This document shows, piece after piece, positions 9,198 through 18,156 of a DNA stretch of 62,423 bases. The stretch is from an uncultured Candidatus Saccharibacteria bacterium (GTDB lineage Bacteria; Patescibacteriota; Minisyncoccia; UBA6257; Colwellbacteraceae). Position numbers and translations under genes: made by a program. The notes beneath the pieces are model-generated. The model was not told the DNA's origin. It searched no databases and saw nothing but the letters and a program-made list of their open reading frames with translations. The stretch lies in assembly GCA_964601595.1 (NCBI GenBank), contig CAZRNY010000001.1, positions 1-62,423 of the forward strand, given 5' to 3'. The first letter of the stretch is position 1, and every line of letters starts with the position of its first letter.

Positions 9198-9723
9198 TCG
9201 AAAATTCGCAGCCGCAATATTTCTGGCGGTATATTCCTGATTCTTTCGTTTTCTGGAGAGCCTTTTTCCAGATAGTGATCTTTTCTTCCGGAGGTCGTGA
9301 TGGAGTAATGTCTCTCTTAAGCGCGGCAGATTCGAGTGCTAGATATATTTTCTCGTTATCCTTGAATGGGCTTGCATAGAGGGTAGTCGATATCTTTTTG
9401 AAACCGAACTCTACTGCCGTTTCTGCCGCCTTATTCAATCGATATTTAAAACACCTCTCGCATCTCTTTCCTCCTTCTGGCTCTTCTTCTAGTCCGGTAA
9501 TAGCGCAAAGCCACTTATCGTGATCGTATTCTCCTTCGATGAGTACTATGCCGAGATCTTTTGCAATTGTTTTCGCGGCCTCGAGTCTGCGGTCATATTC
9601 TTCTTTCGGGCTTATATTCGGGTTAAAGAAGAAAAGGACGCCAGGAGTTCCGTCAGGAAGGAATTCTATGGTCGTGCCACATGGACCGCAGCACATATGC
9701 ACGAAAGGTTTATTATTATCCAT
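9178..9723 (-). CDS. queH: Epoxyqueuosine reductase QueH (DUF208)
   Basis: N-terminal HMCCGPC motif and a C-terminal CGCEFS motif; 181 aa. Confidence 0.85.
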   Translation of the reverse strand: MDNNKPFVHMCCGPCGTTIEFLPDGTPGVLFFFNPNISPKEEYDRRLEAAKTIAKDLGIVLIEGEYDHDKWLCAITGLEEEPEGGKRCERCFKYRLNKAAETAVEFGFKKISTTLYASPFKDNEKIYLALESAALKRDITPSRPPEEKITIWKKALQKTKESGIYRQKYCGCEFSIKEEEK

Positions 9724-9931
9724 TCTGGTATGACTGATATATCGATCATATGAAGTGCATAGTCAAGAAATTAGCCTCTAGCAAAAAAAGAATATGGTTT
9801 TTCGATCGGAAAGTCTTTTGCTTCTGATCTCTCTGGCTTCATTGCGGGCTTCTTCGTCGCGACTATCGGCTGATAGCTATCGTATGTATGATCCTCCATT
9901 ATTATGGGGCGCTATAGCCTATCCTGATAAT

Positions 9932-9960
9932 AAAAGAGCGGACCGATGGTCCGCTCTTTT
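9932..9960 (-). terminator. Intrinsic terminator downstream of obg
   Basis: AAAAGAGCGGACC-GATG-GTCCGCTCTTTT, a perfect stem flanked by A/T runs, lies 2 nt after the obg stop. Confidence 0.8.
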
Positions 9961-9961
9961 A

Positions 9962-10933
9962 TTATTTGCTTTCTTTCCCTTCCATTATCTTATTTAGCAC
10001 TTTTTTGATCGTCTCGATCGAAGAATCGTCTATCGCCGAGAAGGGGATGGCTTCTATTCCCGCTTTTGCGAGTATTTTCTTCTTTTCCTCGAGTTCTTTA
10101 GGAGAGACTTCGTCCGCCTTGGAAAGGAAGACTATCTCTTTCTTGGTCGTAAGATCAGGGTCATGAGCTTCGAGCTCGTGTCTTACTGTCTTATAGTCTT
10201 TTACAGGGTCATCGGAGCTAGCGGCGACGAGATGGAATATCTCTTTTGTTCTTGTTATGTGTCTCAGGAATTTGGTTCCCAATCCTTTTCCTCCAGATGC
10301 TCCCTCGATGAGTCCGGGGATGTCTGCAATTATAAGGTCGTAATAAGTACCGAGGTTCGGTTCGAGTGTCGTGAAGGCATAGTTTCCGATCTTCGCGTTC
10401 GCTCTCGTCAGGGAATTGAGCAGTGTCGATTTGCCGGCATTTGGCAGTCCTACGAGTCCTACATCCGCGATAAGTTTCAATTCGAGAGAAAGGAAGAATG
10501 TTTCTCCGGGCTTTCCGTCTTCTGCTATCTTTGGACTGGTTATCTTCGGAGATCTAAAGAGGAAGTTTCCTTTACCGCCTCTTCCTCCTTTCGCAATCAG
10601 GACGGTTTCTCCGATCTTCGTTATCTCAATAGTCTCGCCGGTTTCTTCTATGGTGATAACCGTTCCGACAGGAATCCTTACCGTAAGATCCTTTCCGTCG
10701 TGACCGTCGCAGAACTGGCCTCTGCCGTCCTTGCCATTATCCGCTTCTATCTCTTTTTTGAATCTGAACTGAGAAAGCGCATTCAAATCGGACACACCCT
10801 CAAAATAGACGCTTCCTCCGCGTCCGCCGCTGCCTCCTGTGGGGCCGAGGCTCATCATGTTCTTATTGAACGCGATTGCGCCTTTTCCGCCATCTCCGGC
10901 TGATACGTCTATTTTTGCTTCATCTATAAGCAT
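9962..10933 (-). CDS. obg: GTPase Obg/CgtA (short form, no C-terminal extension)
   Basis: Gly-rich Obg fold (GDGGKGAIAF, GGSGGRGGSVYF), G1 GLPNAGKST and G3 DIPGLIEGA. Confidence 0.95.
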   Translation of the reverse strand: MLIDEAKIDVSAGDGGKGAIAFNKNMMSLGPTGGSGGRGGSVYFEGVSDLNALSQFRFKKEIEADNGKDGRGQFCDGHDGKDLTVRIPVGTVITIEETGETIEITKIGETVLIAKGGRGGKGNFLFRSPKITSPKIAEDGKPGETFFLSLELKLIADVGLVGLPNAGKSTLLNSLTRANAKIGNYAFTTLEPNLGTYYDLIIADIPGLIEGASGGKGLGTKFLRHITRTKEIFHLVAASSDDPVKDYKTVRHELEAHDPDLTTKKEIVFLSKADEVSPKELEEKKKILAKAGIEAIPFSAIDDSSIETIKKVLNKIMEGKESK

Positions 10934-10985
10934 GAGTTCGATATTTATTCTTTAGGGAAGTATGCTTTAATTATAACCAAAGTAA

Positions 10986-11174
10986 ATGGTCAAGAGATTA
11001 TTTAAGAGTGATGACCGGATATTTTCCGGGGTTCTCGGAGGAGTGGCGGATTACTTCAATATCGATCCCGCTCTCGTCCGAGTAGCCTATTCCCTTATCT
11101 TCTGTTTTACCGGATTCATTCCTGGAATCATCGCCTATGCAATCGCTTCGACTGTTATTCCTTCGAGGCGCTAG
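10986..11174 (+). CDS. PspC-domain membrane protein
   Basis: 62 aa; LFKSDDRIFSGVLGGVADYFNIDPALVRV followed by one TM helix. Confidence 0.8.
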   Translation: MVKRLFKSDDRIFSGVLGGVADYFNIDPALVRVAYSLIFCFTGFIPGIIAYAIASTVIPSRR

Positions 11175-11219
11175 ACGCATTTTGAGTCTTAAAAGGTCGT
11201 TTCCTGATAGTAATTAAAG

Positions 11220-11675
11220 ATGATAATACCTGAAGGATTTCCTAAATTCCCTAGTAAGAGAGAGCTTATAGTAGTTTCGGGAACAAAGGAAGGGGCTCTC
11301 TATCTCGGTTCTGATGGTAATTTCGATAAGATTTCCTCTTTTGAGGTTCCCGAGAGAGCTGATATAGAGAAGGAATCTTCCTATAGATCCGTCTCTGCTG
11401 ATGGCTCCGCTCTTGGTAATCGTGGATCGCTTGATGATATAGGCGAGAATGAAGATGATTCTTTCTTCAAGATCCTAAGAAACGAAGCGAAGGCTGCTAT
11501 TTCTTCTTCCGATGTCTCGGGGGTGATCGTTATCGCTCCGGAGCACGCCCTGAAGAAGGCGATAGAGTCCATCGACGGTCTTGGAGTTCCCGTTGTTGTG
11601 GGAGGAAAAGGCAACTTCGTGAAGCATTCTCCCGAAGAAATACTCGCTGTTCTCAAAGAATCGGGATCGATATAA
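11220..11675 (+). CDS. Hypothetical protein
   Basis: 151-aa ORF followed by a strong terminator. No motif recognised. Confidence 0.6.
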   Translation: MIIPEGFPKFPSKRELIVVSGTKEGALYLGSDGNFDKISSFEVPERADIEKESSYRSVSADGSALGNRGSLDDIGENEDDSFFKILRNEAKAAISSSDVSGVIVIAPEHALKKAIESIDGLGVPVVVGGKGNFVKHSPEEILAVLKESGSI

Positions 11676-11692
11676 AAATTATTCTATTTTTC

Positions 11693-11723
11693 AAAAAGAC
11701 AATCGTGAGATTGTCTTTTTTTT
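11693..11723 (+). terminator. Intrinsic terminator
   Basis: AGACAATC-GTGA-GATTGTCT followed by T8. Confidence 0.8.
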
Positions 11724-11810
11724 GTGTTGTCCCATAGCTTCTGTGGATAAGCCCGTCTGCTTTTGCGACTCATCCTAAGAAACATGCTTCAAATCTCTTT
11801 TTTTGGCTCG

Positions 11811-11840
11811 TTGACCCTTTTTGTCAAACGGGACTTTAAT
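11811..11840 (+). promoter_or_regulatory. Candidate promoter of the nrdD operon
   Basis: TTGACC (11811-11816), N18, TTTAAT (11835-11840). The -35 element lies within the inverted repeat TTGAC-N7-GTCAA. Confidence 0.3.
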
Positions 11841-11874
11841 TGAATTAAGAAAAAATAAAAACTCTTTTCCATAA

Positions 11875-13938
11875 ATGACGGTAATTAAGCGCGACGGAAC
11901 CAGGATTGAGTTCGACAAGGACAGGATATACGGGGCGATCATGAAGGCTGCGGAAGCAACCGACGAGTTTGGACCAGAAGAAGGCACAAAGATAACCGAT
12001 ATCGTATCGAATTATATTTCAGAATCCGAAAAATATAAGTCCGAGATATCCGTTGAGGATATACAGGACACGATTGAGTCCGCGCTTATGAGTTCCGGGC
12101 ATTTTAAGACCGCTCGCGCTTACATCGTCTATAGGGAAAAGAGGTTTCAGGCTAGAGCTGTTAAGGGCGCCGTCGTGGAAGTCGAAGAAACGATCAAAGA
12201 ATATGTTGATCAGGCTGACTGGAGGGTTAAGGAGAATGCCAATATGGGCTATTCCTTGGGTGGAATGATCATCCGTATCGCCGGAAAGATCGTTGCGAAT
12301 TATTGGCTTAATAATGTCTATACGGCGGAGATCAGGGAAGCGCATCGCTCCGGTGGTTTCCATATCCATGATCTTGACTTCTTTGCCGGCTATTGCGCCG
12401 GTTGGAGTTTGAGACAGCTTCTTGAGGAGGGATTTAACGGCGTCCCGGGAAAGATCGAATCTTATCCCGCGAAGCACCTGGAAACGGCTATCGGTCAGAT
12501 GATTAATTTCTTGGGTACGCTTCAGAACGAATGGGCGGGTGCGCAGGCTTTCTCTTCTTTCGATACCTATCTCGCTCCTTACATCAAAAAGGATGACTTG
12601 GACTACAAGCGCGTGAAGCAGTGCGTGCAACAGTTCGTCTTCGGCATCAATACTCCCTCGCGTTGGGGAACGCAGACTCCCTTCATCAACATCACTCTCG
12701 ACTGGGTTTGCCCTGAGGATATGCGTGAGAGGCATCCCGTGATCGGCGGCGAAGCTGTTGACTTCACTTATGGCGATTGCGAGAAAGAGATGGCGATGAT
12801 CAATAAGGCTTATATCGAAGTCATGACTGAAGGCGATATGAGCGGCCGTCCTTTTACTTTTCCTATTCCGACCTACAACATTACGAAGGACTTCGACTGG
12901 GAGAATGAGAATGTGAAGCTCTTGTTCGAGATGACTGCCAAGTTCGGCACTCCTTATTTCCAGAACTTCATTAATTCCAACCTTAATCCGAGCGATGTCC
13001 GTAGCATGTGCTGTCGCCTTCAGTTAGACCTGAAGGAACTCCGCTCGAGACAGGGAGGCCTGTTTGGCTCCGCCGAGCTTACCGGATCCATCGGTGTCGT
13101 TACCATTAATCTTCCTCGTATCGGCTATCTCGCGAAGACTCGCAAGGAATTCTTCGATAGATTAGGGCGCCTCATGGATATCTCGAAGCAGTCTCTTGAG
13201 ATGAAGAGGAAAGTCGTTGTCGACAATATGGATCGCGGCCTTCTTCCTTATTCGAAGAGATATCTTGGCACTCTCCATAATCATTTCTCGACTATCGGTA
13301 TAAACGGCATGAACGAGGCGGTTGTCAATTTTATAGGCAAAGATATTTCCGAGCCGGAAGGGAAGGCCTTTGCTCTCGAGGTCCTCGATTTCATGAGAGG
13401 TAAGCTTTCCGAGTTCCAGGAAGAGACCGGAAATCTCTATAACCTCGAAGCCACTCCTGCCGAAGGAGCGACCTATCGTTTTGCTAAGGAGGATAAGGCT
13501 CGCTTTCCTGAAATGATTCAGGCGGGTACCGTCGATTCTCCTTACTATACGAACTCCACTCATCTTCCGGTCGGTCATACCGAAGATCCTATCGCTGCCC
13601 TCGATCATCAGGTCGAGCTTCAAGCGAAATATACCGGTGGAACTGTGGCACATCTCTTTCTTGGCGAAAGGGTTAGGGATTGGAAGACTTGTCGCGATTT
13701 TGTAAAGAAGGTTGCCGAGAATTACAGGATGCCTTACTTTACGATCACTCCCACTTTCAGCATCTGTCCCAGTCATGGATATCATTCCGGCGAAGTTCCT
13801 GTCTGTCCGAAATGCGGTACTAGTTGCGAAGTGTGGTCGAGAGTCGTCGGCTACTATCGCCCTGTCACGCAATGGAATAAAGGGAAGAGGCAGGAGTTCG
13901 TCGAGCGCAAGAATTACTCCGTTCCGCAGGAGAATTAG
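11875..13938 (+). CDS. nrdD: Anaerobic ribonucleoside-triphosphate reductase (class III), with N-terminal ATP-cone
   Basis: ATP-cone at the N-terminus (VIKRDGTRIEFDKDRI), a C-terminal Zn site CPSHG...CPKCG and the glycyl-radical motif RVVGYYRP. Confidence 0.95.
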   Translation: MTVIKRDGTRIEFDKDRIYGAIMKAAEATDEFGPEEGTKITDIVSNYISESEKYKSEISVEDIQDTIESALMSSGHFKTARAYIVYREKRFQARAVKGAVVEVEETIKEYVDQADWRVKENANMGYSLGGMIIRIAGKIVANYWLNNVYTAEIREAHRSGGFHIHDLDFFAGYCAGWSLRQLLEEGFNGVPGKIESYPAKHLETAIGQMINFLGTLQNEWAGAQAFSSFDTYLAPYIKKDDLDYKRVKQCVQQFVFGINTPSRWGTQTPFINITLDWVCPEDMRERHPVIGGEAVDFTYGDCEKEMAMINKAYIEVMTEGDMSGRPFTFPIPTYNITKDFDWENENVKLLFEMTAKFGTPYFQNFINSNLNPSDVRSMCCRLQLDLKELRSRQGGLFGSAELTGSIGVVTINLPRIGYLAKTRKEFFDRLGRLMDISKQSLEMKRKVVVDNMDRGLLPYSKRYLGTLHNHFSTIGINGMNEAVVNFIGKDISEPEGKAFALEVLDFMRGKLSEFQEETGNLYNLEATPAEGATYRFAKEDKARFPEMIQAGTVDSPYYTNSTHLPVGHTEDPIAALDHQVELQAKYTGGTVAHLFLGERVRDWKTCRDFVKKVAENYRMPYFTITPTFSICPSHGYHSGEVPVCPKCGTSCEVWSRVVGYYRPVTQWNKGKRQEFVERKNYSVPQEN

Positions 13939-13951
13939 ATAACAGATAACG

Positions 13952-14638
13952 ATGAAAATAGGCGGTTTCCAAAAATTGAGCTTGGTTGATTTTCCGGGAA
14001 CCGTGTCGGCCGTAGTCTTTACTCAAGGCTGCGGCTTTTTGTGCTCGTACTGCCATAACCCCGACCTCATTCCGGCCGGAAAGGAGGGCGCCTTTTCTGT
14101 AGGCGAGATACTAGAGGAGCTGAGCGGCGCGAGGCGGATGATAGACGGCCTCGTTGTTACCGGCGGAGAACCGACGATTCACGAAGGCCTTGCGGAATTT
14201 CTTGAAGAAGTGCGCCGCCTCGACCTCCGCATCAAGCTTGATACGAACGGCATGCATCCTTTCTCCGTCGAACAGATGCTGAAGAATGGGCTCGTCGATT
14301 ATATCGCGATGGATATCAAGTCTTCTTGGAAAAGATATTCGTCCGTAACGGGGATATCCATGGATGAGAAACTTATCAGAAATTGTGCGAAGACCATGTC
14401 TATCATCCAGGATTCGGGAGTGGATCACGAATTTCGTACGACCGTCTTTCCTGCCGCTCATAGTCTGGATGATTTTCGTGAGATCGCCTCTTATCTTGTT
14501 CCTGGAGAGAAATATTTCTTGCAGGATATCCGCTATCAGAAGACGCTAGCATCCCTCGAAGGGGAACCGTCGGATGCGGAGTCGATCGCTGCGGCTCTTC
14601 GGAAAGAATTCCCTCTCGTTTCTATCGAAGCCCGCTAG
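13952..14638 (+). CDS. nrdG: Anaerobic RNR activating protein (radical SAM)
   Basis: CGFLCSYCHN (CxxxCxxC) and GGEPT; immediately downstream of nrdD. Confidence 0.9.
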   Translation: MKIGGFQKLSLVDFPGTVSAVVFTQGCGFLCSYCHNPDLIPAGKEGAFSVGEILEELSGARRMIDGLVVTGGEPTIHEGLAEFLEEVRRLDLRIKLDTNGMHPFSVEQMLKNGLVDYIAMDIKSSWKRYSSVTGISMDEKLIRNCAKTMSIIQDSGVDHEFRTTVFPAAHSLDDFREIASYLVPGEKYFLQDIRYQKTLASLEGEPSDAESIAAALRKEFPLVSIEAR

Positions 14639-14640
14639 TT

Positions 14641-15576
14641 GTGTATAATGCGGCTATGTTCGGATCACCGAAAATAAGAGTTTTCTCTTGGATATTTTTC
14701 GCCGCCTCAGCGATCCTTATGGTCGCTAGCGTTTTTCTTGCTCTGAGGATCGATTCGGAAAGGCTCGTCTCGAAGAGCGATAAGATTGTGGTATCCGCCA
14801 CTATCTTTCCTCTATATGATGCTGCTTCGAAGATAGGCGGAAATCAGGCTGTCGTCTCGCTCATCCTTCCTGCCGGCGCTTCGCCTCACACCTTTGAACC
14901 GTCACCGGAGATCCTTATAGCTGCCGAGGGATCGAGAGTGGTCTTCAAGATCGGAGTCATAGATGATTGGGTGGATAATATAGCCATCTCTTCTGGTGCT
15001 GCTATCTTTCCTGTTTCGGAAGGTGTTCCGATGAGGCTTTTTGACGAAGGATCGGAAGCAAACGATAACGATCCTCATTATTGGCTTTCTTTTCGCAACG
15101 CGAAGATGATCGCCCGGAATATCGCTGCCGAGTTTTCGAAGATCGATCCTGATAATAAGGATTACTACGAGAATAATCTTTCTCTCTATATCATTTCGAT
15201 CGAAGAAGCCGAAAGGAAGACAAATCTATTGTCTGGACTTAGAGGATCAAAGGTTGCTTCCTTTCATGATGCTTGGGGATATTTTTCCGATGAACAAGGA
15301 TTCGATATCGTTTCCGTCTTCGAGGAGTCTCCGGGGAAAGAGCCTTCTGCTAGAGAAGTTCGTCAGTTTATCGATGACTCGAAGGAAGCTGGGCTGAAAG
15401 TATTTTTGGTCGAGCCGCAGTTTTCCACTGACTCGGCTGGTGCGGTCGCTTTTGATGCTGAGCTTTCTCTTGCAGTAGTTAATCCTGAAGGTGGATATGG
15501 AGAATTCGACTCTTACCCCGATATGCTTTATGAGAATGCAAAGAAGATAAGAGACGCCCTTCTCGGTGCGGAATAA
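14641..15576 (+). CDS. znuA: Metal (Zn/Mn) ABC transporter substrate-binding protein, ZnuA/TroA family
   Basis: N-terminal TM/signal anchor, the motif DPHYWLS and cluster-9 SBP architecture. GTG start at 14641; alternative ATGs at 14647 and 14656. Confidence 0.85.
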   Translation: MYNAAMFGSPKIRVFSWIFFAASAILMVASVFLALRIDSERLVSKSDKIVVSATIFPLYDAASKIGGNQAVVSLILPAGASPHTFEPSPEILIAAEGSRVVFKIGVIDDWVDNIAISSGAAIFPVSEGVPMRLFDEGSEANDNDPHYWLSFRNAKMIARNIAAEFSKIDPDNKDYYENNLSLYIISIEEAERKTNLLSGLRGSKVASFHDAWGYFSDEQGFDIVSVFEESPGKEPSAREVRQFIDDSKEAGLKVFLVEPQFSTDSAGAVAFDAELSLAVVNPEGGYGEFDSYPDMLYENAKKIRDALLGAE

Positions 15577-15577
15577 T

Positions 15578-16285
15578 ATGGAAAACAAAGTAATAGATAT
15601 AGCTAATTTAGCCGTATCTCTCTCTGGACATAATATAGTATCGGACGTTAGTTTTTCCGTTCTTAGGGGAGAAGTAGTAGCCTTGATCGGTCCGAATGGA
15701 GCGGGTAAGACGACTCTTATCAAAGCGGTCATCGGTGCTCTGCCATATTCGGGCAAAATATCCGTCTTCAATAAGGATGGCGAAAAAGGGAAGATCGGCT
15801 ATGTGCCGCAGCGTTTTTCTTTCGATCGCGGATTTCCTCTCTCTGTATCGGAATTTTTGTCTTTGAATCTCGATGAGAGATCTTTTAATAAATCATATGA
15901 GGCCCTGAAAGATATGGGCGGCGAACGCCTTATCAGTAAGAGACTCGGTGATCTTTCTGGCGGAGAGCTTCAGAGAGTATTACTTGCGAGATCTCTGGCT
16001 CGGGATCCGGACTTGTGGCTTCTTGATGAAGCTTCGAGCGGTATAGATATGGATGGAGTCGAGAATTTCTATTCTCTCGTGAGAAGAGTGGCGGAGGAGA
16101 GGGGAATGGCGGCTATCTTTGTTTCTCATGACATCGGCATGGTCTCTCGGTTTGCGAGTAGGGTTATCTGTTTGAACGGAGGACTTGTCTGTGACGGGAT
16201 TCCGTCTGATGCTTTGACTGAAGAATCGCTTAATCATCTCTACGGAGATGAATCGTCGAAAAGCGGACACACTCACGGGAATTGA
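15578..16285 (+). CDS. znuC: Metal ABC transporter ATP-binding protein (ZnuC-like)
   Basis: Walker A GPNGAGKTT, signature LSGGELQRVLLARSL and Walker B LLDEASSGID. I prefer the ATG at 15578; the ORF track begins at GTG 15566. Confidence 0.9.
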   Translation: MENKVIDIANLAVSLSGHNIVSDVSFSVLRGEVVALIGPNGAGKTTLIKAVIGALPYSGKISVFNKDGEKGKIGYVPQRFSFDRGFPLSVSEFLSLNLDERSFNKSYEALKDMGGERLISKRLGDLSGGELQRVLLARSLARDPDLWLLDEASSGIDMDGVENFYSLVRRVAEERGMAAIFVSHDIGMVSRFASRVICLNGGLVCDGIPSDALTEESLNHLYGDESSKSGHTHGN

Positions 16286-17151
16286 TGACTGATATCTCTT
16301 CAATGTTTTTAGAAATGTTCTCTTACGGATTTATGGTCCGCGCTTTGAGTGCAGGTGTTATTTCAGCTCTCGTTCTCTCATTTGTCGGAATATTCATCTC
16401 TCTCAGGAAGATGTCTTTCTTCGGGGAGGGGATAGCGCACGCATCCTTATGCGGTATCGCTCTTGCGCTTATCTTCGGTTTTGCTCCGACTCCCTTCGCC
16501 GTTCTTTTCGCCATCTTTATCGGTACGATTGTCTATCTGCTTGAGCGAAAGCTTCCTCTTTCCGGGGATACGGTCATCGCGATCGTTTTCGTCTCTTTTA
16601 TGAGCCTTGGTTCGTTGCTTTTATCTCTGCGTTCCGGCTATCAGCCGGATCTTGTGAGCTTCCTCTTCGGTAATATCCTCGCCATTAAGTCTACCGACCT
16701 CTTATTTCAGATATCGGTCGCGATTCCACTCTGGTTATCATTGATCGCTTTGAAGGATAAACTTATATTCGCGAGTATCGATCCCGATCTTGCTGCCTCA
16801 GAAGGATTACCTGTTGGGCGTTTATCTTTTTTTCTCTATGTCGCGACTGCTGTCGCTGTCGTCTTAGGCATCAAGGTTCTCGGTGTGGTACTTGTCTCTG
16901 CTATGCTTGTTATTCCGGTCGCATCCGGAAAGCTAGTCGCTAGGTCCCTTATCGGTCTCATCATCTTCTCTGGCGTTTTCTCTGTCTTATCTGTTATTGT
17001 CGGCTTGATTGCTTCCTACTCGTTCGGCTTTCCCGCCGGAAGTTCTGTGGTTCTCGCTTCTTCGCTCATCTTCGCCATCGTGGCTTTGATCGGTTACTTT
17101 GGTTTAAAGATGAAGTTCCAAATAAAAGGTCGAAAAGATAAACAGCGATAA
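16282..17151 (+). CDS. znuB: Metal ABC transporter permease (ZnuB-like)
   Basis: 289 aa and polytopic. ATGA/TGATG-type overlap with znuC. Confidence 0.9.
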   Translation: MMTDISSMFLEMFSYGFMVRALSAGVISALVLSFVGIFISLRKMSFFGEGIAHASLCGIALALIFGFAPTPFAVLFAIFIGTIVYLLERKLPLSGDTVIAIVFVSFMSLGSLLLSLRSGYQPDLVSFLFGNILAIKSTDLLFQISVAIPLWLSLIALKDKLIFASIDPDLAASEGLPVGRLSFFLYVATAVAVVLGIKVLGVVLVSAMLVIPVASGKLVARSLIGLIIFSGVFSVLSVIVGLIASYSFGFPAGSSVVLASSLIFAIVALIGYFGLKMKFQIKGRKDKQR

Positions 17152-17161
17152 TATATAAATT

Positions 17162-17269
17162 ATGTGTCAGGAATGCGGATGCGAGCCTTGCTCGAAGTGC
17201 GGTAGCGAGATAGAGGGAGGAGTATGTAAGGGTTGTGGTAAGAAAGCCGAAGAGTGTAGCTGCTCCTAA
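17162..17269 (+). CDS. Unannotated 35-aa cysteine-rich peptide (metallothionein-like candidate)
   Basis: ATG 17162 to TAA 17267-17269 translates to MCQECGCEPCSKCGSEIEGGVCKGCGKKAEECSCS (9 Cys in 35 aa). It starts 10 nt after the znuB stop and is followed by a strong terminator. It falls below the ORF-track length cutoff. Confidence 0.4.
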   Translation: MCQECGCEPCSKCGSEIEGGVCKGCGKKAEECSCS

Positions 17270-17285
17270 TTTGACGTTTATTTTG

Positions 17286-17316
17286 AAATGAGGCGCTTTC
17301 TGGCGCCTCATTTTTG
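17286..17316 (+). terminator. Intrinsic terminator ending the nrdDG-znuABC-small ORF unit
   Basis: AAATGAGGCGC-TTTCTG-GCGCCTCATTT (11-bp perfect stem) followed by a T-run. Confidence 0.85.
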
Positions 17317-17368
17317 AATGATGCTATGATTATCCAGTTGAAATACTCTATTAATAAATAAGTAATTT

Positions 17369-18139
17369 ATGAATAACAAGATAAAAAATGCTGCCATTGT
17401 GGCGGGAGTACTCTTTGCCGCTTCGCTTGGTTGGAGTGCTATAAGCTATGTAGATTCGTATTCTAAGTCGATCGAACCCTCGTCTTTTAGGAGCTTCTCG
17501 GTAAGCGCTGAAGGAGAGGCTGTCGGTGTTCCCGATATTGCTGAGTTTACCTTCACTGTCATTACGGAAGGAGGGCATGATCTCGGTGCCCTTCAGAAAG
17601 ATAACTCTGATAAGGTGAATGCCGCTATCGCTTACGTAAAAGAACAGGGAGTTGATAGCAAAGATATAAAGACGGTGAACTACAACATTTCGCCAAGATA
17701 CGAATATAGGAACTGCGAATCGGGTTCTGTCGTCTGCACTCCTCCTTCCATAGTCGGATATACTGTCCGCTCGAGCGTTAAAGTTAAGGTAAGGGAGACC
17801 GGTAAAGCTGGCGGCATACTCGCGAGCATCGTCTCTAAGGGAGCGAACGAAGTTTCTGGACTCAGTTTTGTCATCGACAATCCCGAGACGGTAACTTCCG
17901 AAGCGAGAGCTGATGCTATTAAGAAAGCTAAAACTAAGGCTGAAGAGATTGCCAAGCAATCCGGTGTGAGAATCGGCAGGCTTCTCTCTATAAACGAAGG
18001 AAACTACTATCCTGTTTACCGCGATTCTTATAAGAGTGTCATGACCGAGGCTGCCGGAGTGTCGGCTACCACTCCTTCGATCGAGATCGGATCTGAGGAT
18101 ATCAAGGTTCAGGTCACTCTCGTTTACGAGATAAAATAA
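17369..18139 (+). CDS. SIMPL/DUF541-domain protein (BP26/OMP28-like)
   Basis: 256 aa with an N-terminal anchor. The pattern VSAEGEA...PDIAEFTFTV and the repeated-half architecture are typical of DUF541. Confidence 0.8.
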   Translation: MNNKIKNAAIVAGVLFAASLGWSAISYVDSYSKSIEPSSFRSFSVSAEGEAVGVPDIAEFTFTVITEGGHDLGALQKDNSDKVNAAIAYVKEQGVDSKDIKTVNYNISPRYEYRNCESGSVVCTPPSIVGYTVRSSVKVKVRETGKAGGILASIVSKGANEVSGLSFVIDNPETVTSEARADAIKKAKTKAEEIAKQSGVRIGRLLSINEGNYYPVYRDSYKSVMTEAAGVSATTPSIEIGSEDIKVQVTLVYEIK

Positions 18140-18156
18140 CCGTCAAAGAATAAATC

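Noticed and set aside
7270-9960. Two terminators (7270-7300 and 9932-9960) share the stem core GCGGACC/GGTCCGC, hinting at a dispersed repeat family
   Set aside because: There are only two copies, the shared core is only 7 bp and the loops and flanks differ. Chance convergence of GC-rich terminator stems is sufficient to explain it.
9724-9961. PreQ1 riboswitch upstream of queH (- strand) and the 67-aa + ORF 9794-9997
   Set aside because: No PreQ1-I/II consensus could be matched by eye. The ORF overlaps the obg terminator and the obg 3' end and has a low-complexity sequence.
10163-10903. 246-aa + strand ORF opposite obg
   Set aside because: It is contained within the obg gene, whose GTPase motifs are unambiguous on the - strand. 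It is a shadow ORF.
11724-11874. Looked for NrdR boxes or a cobalamin riboswitch upstream of nrdD
   Set aside because: I found no tandem palindromic NrdR-type boxes, no B12-box (GCCACTG-like) and no extended conserved structure. Only a weak promoter candidate is reported.
12019-13872. Long antisense ORFs inside nrdD (12019-12735 and 13162-13872, - strand)
   Set aside because: They lie entirely within a confidently identified nrdD reading frame and have no recognisable motifs. They are typical shadow ORFs.
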